Origin: an uncultured Acidobacteriota bacterium
GTDB taxonomy: Bacteria; Acidobacteriota; Terriglobia; UBA7540
Reading direction: 5' to 3'
Length of the DNA: 64,000 nt
Assembly (NCBI GenBank): GCA_963804995.1
Contig: CAWDSK010000006.1
Coordinates: 1,088,001-1,152,000, forward strand
Shown here piece by piece: positions 1 through 9,970 of this stretch. Made by a program: the position numbers and the translations under genes. Within the stretch, counting starts at the first letter, position 1; every line of letters starts with the position of its first letter. The notes under the pieces were generated by a model that was not told the DNA's origin, made no database searches, and was given only the letters and a program-made list of their open reading frames with translations.

Positions 1-688
1 CCACGCGGTGGAGGATTGCGAGTTCTTCTTCGCGCCGTTCTGCTGCGCGGTTAAGCGACCAGTTCTCAATCGCCACGCTCACCTGATTGCCAATCGCCAG
101 CGCCACCCGCAACTCGCGCGGGTCGAATCTCCGCGTCTGGCGAAAACCCAGCAGCAGGGCGCCGTACGATTTGTCGCGAACCTGCAACCCCACCACCACC
201 AGCATCCGCAATCCTTCCGCCCTCAGCACGTCGCGGAATTCCTGAAACAAGGTATCGCGTTGCCACGCTGTCACCACTTCCGTGCGGCGCAGGTCCGGAA
301 AGACCATCAAACCACCCCAGCGGTCCCCGCTCTGGAGCAGATAGCGTTGCAAGGATTCACTCCGGAGGTGCTCCACCGCGCCTGCAGAAAGCCCTCGTGC
401 ACTGTCGTGGAGCTTCTCCTTACCCCCCTCGTCATGCCACAACACGTAGCCGTCCCGTGCGCCCAGCATTTCGAGCGCACCACCGAGCGCCAACTCCACC
501 ATCTGTTGGGGCTCACGACAGTCAGAGAGTTCTTTGCTGAAGAAATGCAGGCTGGAAAACCAGAAGACTTCGGTGTTTCGACGCAGCCTTTCGCCCCGCT
601 CGCGCACGAGCCACCATGCCAGCGCGAGTGTAATCGCAGAGGCCGGAAGGATGTAACTTAATGTCGGACCGATAAGATAGCTTCCCAT
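1..688 (-). CDS. GAF-domain signalling protein, N-terminal part (runs off the window start)
   Basis: Own translation from ATG 688: MGSYLIGPTLSYILPASAITLALAWWLV (TM helix) ... LVVVGLQVRDKSYGALLLGFRQTRRFDPRELRVALAIGNQVSVAIEN, a typical GAF C-terminus. Open to base 1. Confidence 0.75.
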   Translation of the reverse strand, partial: MGSYLIGPTLSYILPASAITLALAWWLVRERGERLRRNTEVFWFSSLHFFSKELSDCREPQQMVELALGGALEMLGARDGYVLWHDEGGKEKLHDSARGLSAGAVEHLRSESLQRYLLQSGDRWGGLMVFPDLRRTEVVTAWQRDTLFQEFRDVLRAEGLRMLVVVGLQVRDKSYGALLLGFRQTRRFDPRELRVALAIGNQVSVAIENWSLNRAAERREEELAILHRV

Positions 689-1026
689 CGCAGTCACCCC
701 GGGCGAGGGAATGAGAGATATCCCCACCCTCACGGCTCCAACCGTGCAGGCTATCCCCGTCGACTGGCGCTTACTCGCTCGATGGGCACAACAGGGAGGT
801 CACTTGCTTTGTCGACGGCTTGGTTCTCCCTACCAAGCCGGTCTAATGGCCTCGACCCTAGCCGAAATATACCCCCGCTCTTCATCCTTGTCAACCACTG
901 TGAGGTTACGCGAGAATTATTCAAGCATTAATACCCGTGTAACACTGAGGTCCTACGGCAAGAATTGGCTTTCTCCGCAAAACCCTCTTACCGGTTGACC
1001 GCTCTGCGATATACTGCGCGCTCTTC

Positions 1027-1246
1027 TAGTGTCCAGAGTCAGAAGTTCGCTGATTGTTAGAGAACCCCCTCACCCCCCGGCCCCTCTCCCCCAAGGGGGC
1101 GAGGGGAGAGTTGAACTTACTCCCTCGCCCCCTTGGGGGAGAGGGTGGCCCGCAACCGGCGTTCTCATCAGCCGGGGCGGGACGGGTGAGGGGGTCGCCC
1201 TGAACCCATTGAGACTTCGTCAGCGAACTTCTGACTCAGGACACTA
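1027..1246. mobile_element. MITE-like element with 27-bp terminal inverted repeats ending in TA, carrying a nested palindrome
   Basis: TAGTGTCCAGAGTCAGAAGTTCGCTGA (1027-1053) matches the reverse complement of 1220-1246 with 1 mismatch. The interior is a CCCTCACCC...GGGTGAGGG hairpin module. Confidence 0.8.
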
Positions 1247-1262
1247 ATACAGGAGGTCTCTG

Positions 1263-3602
1263 ATGCATCGATTCCCGGTAAAGCCAATCTTGTTTGGACT
1301 CGTCATTCTGACGGCAACACGGGCGCTCGAGCCTGTTCCCACGCCGGCACGTCCGGCCGGTGAGGCTGTCTCTGCGCTCCCCGTGGCTGCCGCGGCTGAC
1401 TCCCCCGCCCCGCTTGACGGCTTCTCAGCAGATTCGGCGCGGGTGGAGCGCGACTGGGAAACGAGGTTCCGGGCCCTCCCCAGCCCCGACAATCTGCGCG
1501 CCTATATGCAGAGAATCGCCGCGCGCCCGCATCACGTCGGCTCGCCCTACGACCGAGAGAACGCGGAGTGGATTCTCTCCCTTTTCCAGCAGTGGGGCTG
1601 GGAAGCGCACATGGAAAACTTTGATGTCCTCTTCCCCACGCCCAAGGAACGCGCCGTCGAACTGGTCGCGCCCACGCATTTCAAGGCGGCGCTCGAGGAA
1701 CCCACCCTGGATGTCGACCCCACCTCCAGTCAGCACGCCGAACAGCTCCCCACCTACAACGCCTACTCGGCGGATGGCGACGTCACGGCGACGCTCGTCT
1801 ACGTGAACTTCGGCGTTCCTACGGATTACGAGCAGCTTGACCGCCTGGGCATTTCCGTAAAGGGCGCGATTGTGATTGCTCGCTATGGCGGGTCGTGGCG
1901 CGGCATCAAGCCCAAGGTGGCGGCGGAGCACGGCGCCATCGGCTGCCTGATCTACTCCGACCCGCGCGACGACGGGTATTACCTCGACGATGCATTCCCC
2001 CAGGGCCCCCGGCGTCCGCGTGACGGCGTGCAGCGCGGCAGCGTGATGGATATGGTGCTTTATCCCGGCGATCCCCTCACGCCCGGCGTAGGCGCCACCA
2101 AAGAGGCCAAGCGCTTGCCCCTGGCAGAGGCCAAGACCATCACCAAGATCCCTGTCCTGCCCCTCTCCTGGGGAGACGCCCAACCGCTGCTGGCGGCCTT
2201 AGAGGGTCCGGTGGCGCCGGAAGCCTGGCGCGGGGCGTTGCCCCTCACTTATCACGTCGGCCCTGGCCCCGCCAAAGTCCATCTGAAGGTGAAAGCCAAT
2301 TGGGATCTCAAGACCCTCTACGAAGTCATCGCCAGGATTCCCGGCTCAACATCACCCGACGAATGGATCATCCGCGGCAATCACCACGATGCCTGGGTGA
2401 ATGGCGCGCGGGATCCGGTGTCGGCCGCGGTGGCGGAATTGGAAGAGGCGTGGGGGATCGGCGAACTTGTGAAGCAAGGTTGGAAGCCGCGCCGCACGAT
2501 TATTTATTGCGTCTGGGATGGCGAGGAGCCGGCGCTGCTGGGCTCCACCGAGTGGGGTGAAACGCACGCCGACGAACTCCTCCAACACGCCGCGGTTTAC
2601 CTCAATACCGATAGCGTTGACCGCGGCTATTTGACGGTGGGAGGCTCACACACGCTGGAAAGATTCATGAATGGCGTGGCGCGGGATATCGAGGACCCGG
2701 AGACAAAGCTCACCGCCTGGAAGCGGCACCAGCTTGAACTGATTCGCTCCGGCTCCAGCGAGGAGCGCCGGGAGGCCCGCACGCGCCCCGACTGGCGCAT
2801 CGGCGCCCTCGGCTCCGGTTCTGACTACACGGTGTTCCTCGATCATCTGGGTGTCGCCTCGCTCGACTTGACCTACACCGGCGAAAGCGGCGGGGGTAGT
2901 TACCATTCGATCTACGACGACTACTATTGGTATGCGCACTTCGATGATCCGGACTTTGTCTATGGACGTGCGCTGGCCCAGACCGTCGGCAGCGCGGTGC
3001 TGCGCCTGGCCGACGCCGAACTGCTCCCTTACAGCTTCACAGAACTGGCCGACACAGTCCAACACTACGCCGACCAATTGAAGAAGCTGCTGAAGGACGA
3101 ACAGGAAGAGACCCGCGAGCGCAACCAGGAAATCAACGAAGGCGTCTTCACCGCTACCTCCGACCCCAGGAAGACTTTTATCCCACCCCCCAAGGAGGAA
3201 ATGCCGCCTTACCTGAACTTTGCTCCGCTCGAAAACGGCACGGAAGCGCTCGAGCGCGCCGCGACGCGCTACCAGAAGGCTCTGGAGAAAGCCCAAGCTA
3301 ACAGCGCGGCCGCCCTGGCCAGCGCCTCTCTCCACCAGGTGAATCTCACTCTGATGGAAAGTGAGCGCAAGCTGACGAGTGACGCGGGCCTTCCGGGACG
3401 CCCCTGGTTCAAGCACCAAATCTACGCGCCCGGCTTTTACACAGGCTATGGTGTGAAAACCATCCCCGCCGTTCGCGAGGCGATTGAGGAAAGAAAGTGG
3501 CGAGAAGCCGACACAGCCCTGCAAGAAGTCGGCCGGGTTCTGAACGGTGAGTCCACGTTGATTACCACTGCCGCGGAGCAATTGGAGAAAGCCATCCAGT
3601 AA
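1263..3602 (+). CDS. M28 family metallopeptidase (glutamate carboxypeptidase II-like; PA and TfR dimerisation domains), copy 1
   Basis: Signal peptide; GNHHDAW, DP, WDGEE, SGSDY and YHSIYD motifs; RPWFKHQIYAPG; AGGAGG RBS. Confidence 0.93.
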   Translation: MHRFPVKPILFGLVILTATRALEPVPTPARPAGEAVSALPVAAAADSPAPLDGFSADSARVERDWETRFRALPSPDNLRAYMQRIAARPHHVGSPYDRENAEWILSLFQQWGWEAHMENFDVLFPTPKERAVELVAPTHFKAALEEPTLDVDPTSSQHAEQLPTYNAYSADGDVTATLVYVNFGVPTDYEQLDRLGISVKGAIVIARYGGSWRGIKPKVAAEHGAIGCLIYSDPRDDGYYLDDAFPQGPRRPRDGVQRGSVMDMVLYPGDPLTPGVGATKEAKRLPLAEAKTITKIPVLPLSWGDAQPLLAALEGPVAPEAWRGALPLTYHVGPGPAKVHLKVKANWDLKTLYEVIARIPGSTSPDEWIIRGNHHDAWVNGARDPVSAAVAELEEAWGIGELVKQGWKPRRTIIYCVWDGEEPALLGSTEWGETHADELLQHAAVYLNTDSVDRGYLTVGGSHTLERFMNGVARDIEDPETKLTAWKRHQLELIRSGSSEERREARTRPDWRIGALGSGSDYTVFLDHLGVASLDLTYTGESGGGSYHSIYDDYYWYAHFDDPDFVYGRALAQTVGSAVLRLADAELLPYSFTELADTVQHYADQLKKLLKDEQEETRERNQEINEGVFTATSDPRKTFIPPPKEEMPPYLNFAPLENGTEALERAATRYQKALEKAQANSAAALASASLHQVNLTLMESERKLTSDAGLPGRPWFKHQIYAPGFYTGYGVKTIPAVREAIEERKWREADTALQEVGRVLNGESTLITTAAEQLEKAIQ

Positions 3603-3788
3603 GGTCGAGCCCCAGAAGTGCGACCCAACTTGCCTGGCAGGGCGTTGCCGGTAGGAAGTGTGGGGAAGCCTCCCTTTCAAATCCACAGGTGCGCGCCGAG
3701 TCCACTCTGGCCGATGCTACGCCAACACCTCTCGGCCGTTGGTCGTAATGCGATATACTTCGCCGTACTTTCCCATTGGAGGTCCTGG

Positions 3789-6128
3789 ATGCGTCGTTTC
3801 GGCCTGATCACGTTCCTGTTTGCGGTTGTCGTCCTGTTCACGAGTCGGGCGCTGGAGCCTGTTCCCACCCAAGCCCGCCCCGCGAGTGAGGCTGTCTCCG
3901 CGCTCTCCGCACCCGCCGCCACTGATTCATCTGCCCCGCTCGATGGCTTCTCCGCACAATCCACGCAGGTCGAACGCGACTGGGAAACAAAATTCCGGGC
4001 CCTCCCCAGCCCCGACAATCTGCGCGCCTACATGCAGAGAATCGCCGCGCGCCCGCACCACGTCGGCACAGCTTATGACCGAGAAAACGCCGAATGGATT
4101 CTTTCCCTCTTCCTAAAATGGGGATGGGACGCGCACATCGAGAATTTTGATGTCCTCTTCCCCACGCCCAAGGAACGCGCCGTGGAACTGGTCGAGCCCA
4201 CAAGTTTCAAAGCCGGGCTCGAGGAGCCGACGGTGGCCGTCGATCCCACCTCCAGCCAGCACGCCGAGCAACTCCCCACCTACAACGCCTACTCGGCGGA
4301 TGGTGACGTCACGGCGCCGCTCGTCTACGCGAACTACGGGATTCCTGCGGACTACGAGGAACTGGCGCGCCTGGGCATCTCCGTAAAGGGCGCGATTGTG
4401 ATTACGCGCTATGGCGCATCGTGGCGTGGCATCAAGCCCAAGGTGGCGGCGGAGCACGGCGCCATCGGCTGCCTGATTTACTCCGACCCGCGCAACGACG
4501 GCTACTTCGCCGGCGATGTATACCCCAAAGGGGCTTTCCGTCCGCCGGGTGGCGTGCAGCGTGGCAGCGTCATGGATTGGGCGCTTTATCCCGGCGATCC
4601 CCTCACGCCGGGTGTGGGCGCCACCAAAGAAGCCAAACGGCTGCCCATCTCCGAGGCCCAGACCATCACTAAGATTCCGGTTCTGCCCCTCTCTTACGGC
4701 GACGCGCAACCCCTGCTCGCGGCGCTGCAGGGCCCAGTGGCGCCGGAAGCCTGGCGCGGTGCGTTGCCCATCACCTATCACCTCGGCCCCGGCCCCGCCA
4801 AAGTCCATCTGAAGGTGAAGGCAAATTGGGATATCAAAACCCTTTACAACGTCATCGCCAAAATCCCCGGTTCCTCTTCCCCCGACGAATGGGTCATTCG
4901 CGGCAATCATCACGACGCCTGGGTGAACGGCGCTCAGGATCCGGTTTCAGCCGCAGTGGATGAACTGGAAGAGGCGCGCGGGCTGGGTGAACTTTTGAAA
5001 CAAGGCTGGAAGCCCCGCCGCACCATCCTCTACTGTGTCTGGGATGGCGAAGAGGAGGGCTTGTTGGGATCGACCGAGTGGGCGGAAACGCATGCCGAGG
5101 AGCTTCGCCAGCATGCCGCCGTCTATCTGAACACGGATGCCAACAGCCGCGGCTATTTCCAACCCTCGGGATCGCACAGTCTGGAGAAGTTTGTAAATGA
5201 CCTGGCACGCGATATCCAGGACCCGGAGACCGGCCTCTCCGCCTGGAAGCGCCACCAACTGCGCCTGCTTCGCGACAGCTCCCGGGAGGACCGCCAGGAG
5301 GCTCGGACCCGCTCCGACTGGCGCATCAGCGCGCTCGGCTCGGGCTCAGATTACACCGTGTTCCTTGACCACCTGGGGGTCGCTTCGCTCGATTTCAGTT
5401 ACGGCGGTGAAGGCGGCGAGGGTATCTACCATTCTATCTACGACGACTATTACTGGTATACCCATTTCGATGGTACCGATTTTAAGTATGGGCGGGCCTT
5501 GGCCCAGACGACTGGCACCGCGGTGCTGCGCCTGGCGGACGCTGACCTCCTGCCCTTCGAATTCACGGCCCTGGCTGACACCGTGCGCCAATATGTGAAC
5601 CAATTGAAGAAGCTCCTCCGGGACAAGCAAGACGAAATCCGCGAACGCAACCGCGAGATCGAGGAAGGTGTGTTCAGCGCCACCTCCGACCCCAGGGAAA
5701 CCTTCCTTCCGCCAGCAAGAGAAGAGGCGCCGCCCTACTTGAACTTTGCGCCGCTCGATAACGCGGTTGAGGCGCTCACGCGCAGTGCGGCCCGCTACCA
5801 CCTGGCGGTCGAAAAGGCTGAGGCTGACGGCGGTAAAGCGCTGGAGGTCGCCGCGCTCCGCCAGGTGAACATCAGCCTGATCGAAACTGAGCGCGAATTG
5901 ACCAATGCCGAGGGCCTTCCCCGCCGCCCCTGGTTCAAGCACCAAATCTACGCCCCGGGCTTTTACACCGGCTACGAAGTGAAGACTATTCCCGCGGTTC
6001 GCGAAGCAATCGAACAGAACCGGTGGGATGAAGCGAACACGGCCTTGGTGGAGGTCGGCCGGATTCTTGACGGCGAGTCGGCGCTGATCATGACCACAGC
6101 CGAGCAACTGGAAAAAGTTGCTCAGTAG
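3789..6128 (+). CDS. M28 family metallopeptidase, copy 2 (tandem paralog)
   Basis: Same motifs as copy 1. GGAGG precedes ATG 3789, giving the same 2340-nt length. Confidence 0.93.
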   Translation: MRRFGLITFLFAVVVLFTSRALEPVPTQARPASEAVSALSAPAATDSSAPLDGFSAQSTQVERDWETKFRALPSPDNLRAYMQRIAARPHHVGTAYDRENAEWILSLFLKWGWDAHIENFDVLFPTPKERAVELVEPTSFKAGLEEPTVAVDPTSSQHAEQLPTYNAYSADGDVTAPLVYANYGIPADYEELARLGISVKGAIVITRYGASWRGIKPKVAAEHGAIGCLIYSDPRNDGYFAGDVYPKGAFRPPGGVQRGSVMDWALYPGDPLTPGVGATKEAKRLPISEAQTITKIPVLPLSYGDAQPLLAALQGPVAPEAWRGALPITYHLGPGPAKVHLKVKANWDIKTLYNVIAKIPGSSSPDEWVIRGNHHDAWVNGAQDPVSAAVDELEEARGLGELLKQGWKPRRTILYCVWDGEEEGLLGSTEWAETHAEELRQHAAVYLNTDANSRGYFQPSGSHSLEKFVNDLARDIQDPETGLSAWKRHQLRLLRDSSREDRQEARTRSDWRISALGSGSDYTVFLDHLGVASLDFSYGGEGGEGIYHSIYDDYYWYTHFDGTDFKYGRALAQTTGTAVLRLADADLLPFEFTALADTVRQYVNQLKKLLRDKQDEIRERNREIEEGVFSATSDPRETFLPPAREEAPPYLNFAPLDNAVEALTRSAARYHLAVEKAEADGGKALEVAALRQVNISLIETERELTNAEGLPRRPWFKHQIYAPGFYTGYEVKTIPAVREAIEQNRWDEANTALVEVGRILDGESALIMTTAEQLEKVAQ

Positions 6129-6254
6129 GGCCGAGCCACACGGGAGAGTATGAGCCCGCGGCCTAGTGCCCATTTGCATTAATAGCCGATTGTGCGGCGA
6201 CCCCCACCAAGACCGCGCCCGATTGGCAGGCACGCAGCGGGACTCCCAATCCTC

Positions 6255-7349
6255 TTAGCGGATCTTTCCCCGCGCCGCGATCTTCCAACTGCCCACCGCC
6301 TCGCCCTTGCGCACCGTAAACATCTCATCGTGCATATTTACCGCGGTGCAGACGTGATTGGGAATCACGGTCACGATTTCGCCGACATGGAACTTGTGTT
6401 GGGAGTGGGTGATGTCGATATGGCCGTGCTCTTCGTTCAACTTGATGAGGGGAGCATCCGGCGCTTCGACCACCATGCCGTAGCCTGACTTGGGTCCGGA
6501 ACCGAGCTGGTCAGAGGAAAGGGTCTTGGAGCCGGCGTCGATAATGGCGCGGCCGGGCACCGCCGTCGAAACCACGGTCGCCAGGATGCGCACGGCGCAA
6601 TCCTCCAGGCGGCATGAGCCTTGATAGTAGGTGTTTAGATCATTGTAAACATAGGTGCCCGGGCGGATTTCCGTGAGGCCCCCGATCAGATGCGCGAACT
6701 CCGCGGAGGGGGTCGAGCCGCCGGAGACGATTTCAACCGGCATATTCACAGCGCGAAATGCAGCCAACGCTTTCCCCACGAGTCCGGAGACGCGTTCAGC
6801 TTCCGCCCGACGCTCCTCGGCGGTTCCCCAGACGTTGCCAAAGAAGCTCATCAGCCCGCGGAACTTCAGCCCCGGCAGCTTGTCGACAACTTTCGCCAGG
6901 GCCACCAAATCCGGTCCCGGATTAAGTCCGCAGCGGTGGGACCCAACGTCGAATTCCACCAGCACGCCGATGGTTGCTCCCTGCGCGGCGGCGGCATGGG
7001 AAAGTTCCTGGGCAGTGGCTTCGGAATCAAGTGAGACCAGCAGGCGCCGCGCGCGGGCGATATCCGCCAGGCGCCGCAGCTTCTCGCCGCCGAAAATCGG
7101 GAACGCCACCAGGATGTCGTCCAGCCCGCCGCCCACCATCACTTCCGCCTCGCCCACCTTGGCCACCGTCAATCCCACGGCGCCCCGCTCGAGCTGCATG
7201 CGCGCCACCTCAAGCGTTTTGTGGGTTTTGGTGTGCGGGCGCAATCCCACACCCTGACGCCGGCATAATTCGGCGATGCGGTCGAGATTCCGTTCCAGCA
7301 CGTCCAGATCGACGGTCAAAGCCGGCGTGGAAAGCTCCTGGTATTTCAT
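6255..7349 (-). CDS. Fold-type III PLP enzyme, D-threonine aldolase / D-serine dehydratase (DSD1)-like
   Basis: TPAL, RPHTKTHK, GGSTP, EIRPGTYVYND, DAGSKTL, EEHG and PNHVC motifs. Confidence 0.88.
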   Translation of the reverse strand: MKYQELSTPALTVDLDVLERNLDRIAELCRRQGVGLRPHTKTHKTLEVARMQLERGAVGLTVAKVGEAEVMVGGGLDDILVAFPIFGGEKLRRLADIARARRLLVSLDSEATAQELSHAAAAQGATIGVLVEFDVGSHRCGLNPGPDLVALAKVVDKLPGLKFRGLMSFFGNVWGTAEERRAEAERVSGLVGKALAAFRAVNMPVEIVSGGSTPSAEFAHLIGGLTEIRPGTYVYNDLNTYYQGSCRLEDCAVRILATVVSTAVPGRAIIDAGSKTLSSDQLGSGPKSGYGMVVEAPDAPLIKLNEEHGHIDITHSQHKFHVGEIVTVIPNHVCTAVNMHDEMFTVRKGEAVGSWKIAARGKIR

Positions 7350-7435
7350 GAACACCTCGATTCAAGTGCCAGGTGCCGGCCGCCAGGCGCCAGGGAAAAT
7401 CCCCAGCCCCTAGAACCCATCACCCAGTCCCTCTT

Positions 7436-7825
7436 TCAGCGTTTGCGCCGTTTGCTGACCCGCGCAACGCAGTCGATTTCAACCTTAATCTTGCGGATTT
7501 GCACGCCCACGGTGGTGCGCGCCGGCGGATCTTCCGCGAAGAACTCCTTGTACACCTCGTTCATCCCCGCGAAATCATCCATATTGGCAAGGAACACACC
7601 CACTCGCACCACATCCTTGAGCGAGCTCCCTGCCGCCTCCAGGATGGCGCGGATATTTTCGAGCGTCCGGCGGGTTTCCGATTTCACGTCGCCGAATTCG
7701 AACTGGCCGGTCTTGGGATTCAGGCACGCTTGGCCGGCCACAAAGACGAAGCCGTCGGCGACGATGGCCTGGGAATAGGGGGCTACGGGGGTGGGGGCCT
7801 TGGAGGTTCGAACCACTTTGCGCAT
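7436..7825 (-). CDS. RidA (YjgF/YER057c/UK114) enamine/imine deaminase
   Basis: APYSQA, FVAGQ, MNEVYKEFF, PPART, VEIDC. Confidence 0.92.
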   Translation of the reverse strand: MRKVVRTSKAPTPVAPYSQAIVADGFVFVAGQACLNPKTGQFEFGDVKSETRRTLENIRAILEAAGSSLKDVVRVGVFLANMDDFAGMNEVYKEFFAEDPPARTTVGVQIRKIKVEIDCVARVSKRRKR

Positions 7826-7885
7826 ATTATCTCCTTGGTGAAGAGTTGTTATCCGCTTAGAACCTTTTGCAGTCCGGGCGCGAGG

Positions 7886-8650
7886 TCATGCCAGTTGACC
7901 GCCATCCACGAACAGCAGCACGCCGTTCACGTAGTCGGCGTCGTGCGAGGCCAAAAACGTCGCGGGCCCGGCGATGTCCTCAGGATCGCCAATCCGCCCC
8001 GCCGGAATCAGGTTTTCGTACTTCTTCATAAACACCGGATTCTCTAGCGAGGGCTTGGTCAGGCGCGTCCGGATCAAGCCGGGGCCGATGGCGTTGGAAT
8101 TGATCCCCTGCGATCCCAGCTCGCGAGCCAGCGTTTTGGCCAGGAGGAAGAGACCTGATTTGGAGGCGTTGTAGTGCGCCAGTTCCGCTTCCGCATCCCA
8201 GGCGTTCGTGGAAGCCATGAATACCATTTTGCCGCGCCGCTGCTTGACCATGTGGGGGGCCACGGCGCGCGCCGTCAGATATCCTCCGCGCAGATTAATG
8301 CCCAATGTCCGGTCCCACAACTTCTCATCCGACTTGAGGAAGGGCACACAATCCGCCACGCCCGCCACGTACATCAGCACGTCCAGGCGCTTATACCAGC
8401 GGATGATCTGGGCCACGGTGCGGTCCACCAAGCGTTTCTTCAGAACATCGCAGTAAAGGGTGCGAACCTTCCCGCCTGCTTTGCGGATTTCCTTTTCGGT
8501 TCGTGCCAGCATGGGGCGGTCGATATCCGCGATCACCAGGCGCGCGCCTTCGCGTGCCAGACGCACCGCAATCGCCTTGCCGATTCCCTGCGCCCCTCCC
8601 ACCACGAGCGCCACTTGATCCTCAAACCGTCCCGGAATGAAATCCGCCAT
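7886..8650 (-). CDS. SDR family oxidoreductase
   Basis: GGAQGIG Rossmann motif, YNASK catalytic motif, VDGG C-terminus. Confidence 0.92.
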   Translation of the reverse strand: MADFIPGRFEDQVALVVGGAQGIGKAIAVRLAREGARLVIADIDRPMLARTEKEIRKAGGKVRTLYCDVLKKRLVDRTVAQIIRWYKRLDVLMYVAGVADCVPFLKSDEKLWDRTLGINLRGGYLTARAVAPHMVKQRRGKMVFMASTNAWDAEAELAHYNASKSGLFLLAKTLARELGSQGINSNAIGPGLIRTRLTKPSLENPVFMKKYENLIPAGRIGDPEDIAGPATFLASHDADYVNGVLLFVDGGQLA

Positions 8651-8688
8651 CGTTCCCCCCACCGGCTCGGCGCTGATGTTCCCTCAAA

Positions 8689-8797
8689 GGTACTGGTGCA
8701 GTTTGACGTAGCGGCGGGTTTACCCCGCCATCGATCGAGTTATCTCAACGTACGATGGCGGGGTAAACCCGCCGCTACGTCAAACTGCACCAGTACC
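8689..8797. mobile_element. 109-bp MITE made of a GTAG-REP doublet within perfect 45-bp inverted arms, 8-bp target duplication
   Basis: 8689-8733 is the exact reverse complement of 8753-8797. CCCTCAAA lies directly on both sides (8681-8688, 8798-8805). Confidence 0.88.
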
Positions 8798-8900
8798 CCC
8801 TCAAAAGTTGTGTGGCCGGCCACAGGACCACCCAGTATAATGGCACGTCCTCTTCCGGTAAAGTACTGCCCGGAGCAACTCCCCAAAGGTGCGAGGCCCC

Positions 8901-9659
8901 ATGCCTTCCGCGGTGCAGAAGTGGATGGACCACCTGGTGATCGTGCGCCACGGCGAGTCGCAGCGCAACGTGCGACGGGCGGAGGCCCAACGCGCGGGCA
9001 GCCTGGATTACCACACCGACGTCCGCGACGTGGACGTGGAGCTTACCCCCCGGGGCATCCGGCAGGCGGAGGAAACCGGAAAGTATCTGGCCCGGGAGTT
9101 CCGTTTCGATCGCATCTTTGTTTCACCCTACGAGCGAACCCTTCAGACCACCGAAGCGATGCTCAGACAGTTCCCCTACACCGTGGACTTGACCCGCGAA
9201 GAGCGCATCCGCGAAAAAGAATTTGGCATTCTCGACGGCCTGACGGGTCAGGGCATCCGTGCAAAGTACCCCGAGGAGTGGCAGCGCCGTGCGCGGGAGG
9301 GCAAGTACTACTATCGTCCGGCCGGCGGCGAAAGTTATCCCGACGTGGCCTTGCGCCTTCAGAGCTTTCTGGGGACGTTGGTTCGGGATTGCCGCAAGCA
9401 ATCGGTGCTGGTGGTTTGCCACTCCGTGGTGGTGCTCACTTTTCGCCGCCTGCTGGAACGGCTGACGGAACAGACCCTGCTGGCCATTGACCGCGACCCG
9501 GAGCAGGACGTGTGCAACTGCTCTGTCACCTGGTATGCCTACGACCGTAAAGCCGGCGACCGCGGGCGCCTGGTGCTGCGGCAGTTCAACGGCGTACATT
9601 ACCCCGCCAAAGACGCGTCCACGGAAACCTGCCGGAAGAAGGCGGAGGGCGGGGAGTAG
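8901..9659 (+). CDS. Histidine phosphatase (phosphoglycerate mutase) family protein
   Basis: VRHGES, SPYERTLQT, REKEFG, GGES, VVCH. Confidence 0.9.
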   Translation: MPSAVQKWMDHLVIVRHGESQRNVRRAEAQRAGSLDYHTDVRDVDVELTPRGIRQAEETGKYLAREFRFDRIFVSPYERTLQTTEAMLRQFPYTVDLTREERIREKEFGILDGLTGQGIRAKYPEEWQRRAREGKYYYRPAGGESYPDVALRLQSFLGTLVRDCRKQSVLVVCHSVVVLTFRRLLERLTEQTLLAIDRDPEQDVCNCSVTWYAYDRKAGDRGRLVLRQFNGVHYPAKDASTETCRKKAEGGE

Positions 9660-9664
9660 GAACT

Positions 9665-9748
9665 CGGGGTTCGGGATTCGGGACACGGGGTACGAGACAC
9701 GGGGTACGGGGTTCGGGATACGGGACACGGGATACGGGCTTCGGAAAG
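9665..9748 (+). repeat. Heptamer tandem array, unit CGGGAYA-like, about 12 units
   Basis: cggggtt cgggatt cgggaca cggggta cgagaca ... read directly. Confidence 0.9.
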
Positions 9749-9829
9749 CGGCATATAGAATTCAGCGTCCCGCCCTCAAATATAGAGCTGCGATTATTAG
9801 GTTAATAATCGCGTATTTCGGCAAGCGCT

Positions 9830-9927
9830 TTTCGAGTTTCGTGTTTCGTGTTTCGACTTTCGACTTTCGATTTTCGACTTTCGTGTTCCGATTTTCAAAT
9901 TTCCAATTTCGATTTTCGAGTTTCGAT
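9830..9927 (+). repeat. Heptamer tandem array, unit TTTCGAN, 14 units
   Basis: tttcgag tttcgtg tttcgtg tttcgac tttcgac tttcgat ... read directly. Confidence 0.9.
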
Positions 9928-9970
9928 CTTAAGTTCTTGATTCTCACTGAAATCTCAAACCAGGATCCCT

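Noticed and set aside
8..661. 217-aa plus-strand ORF
   Set aside because: Antisense shadow of the minus-strand GAF gene.
1425..6233. Long antisense ORFs over the M28 genes, and similar ones over other genes
   Set aside because: Expected in high-GC coding DNA; no motifs or RBS.
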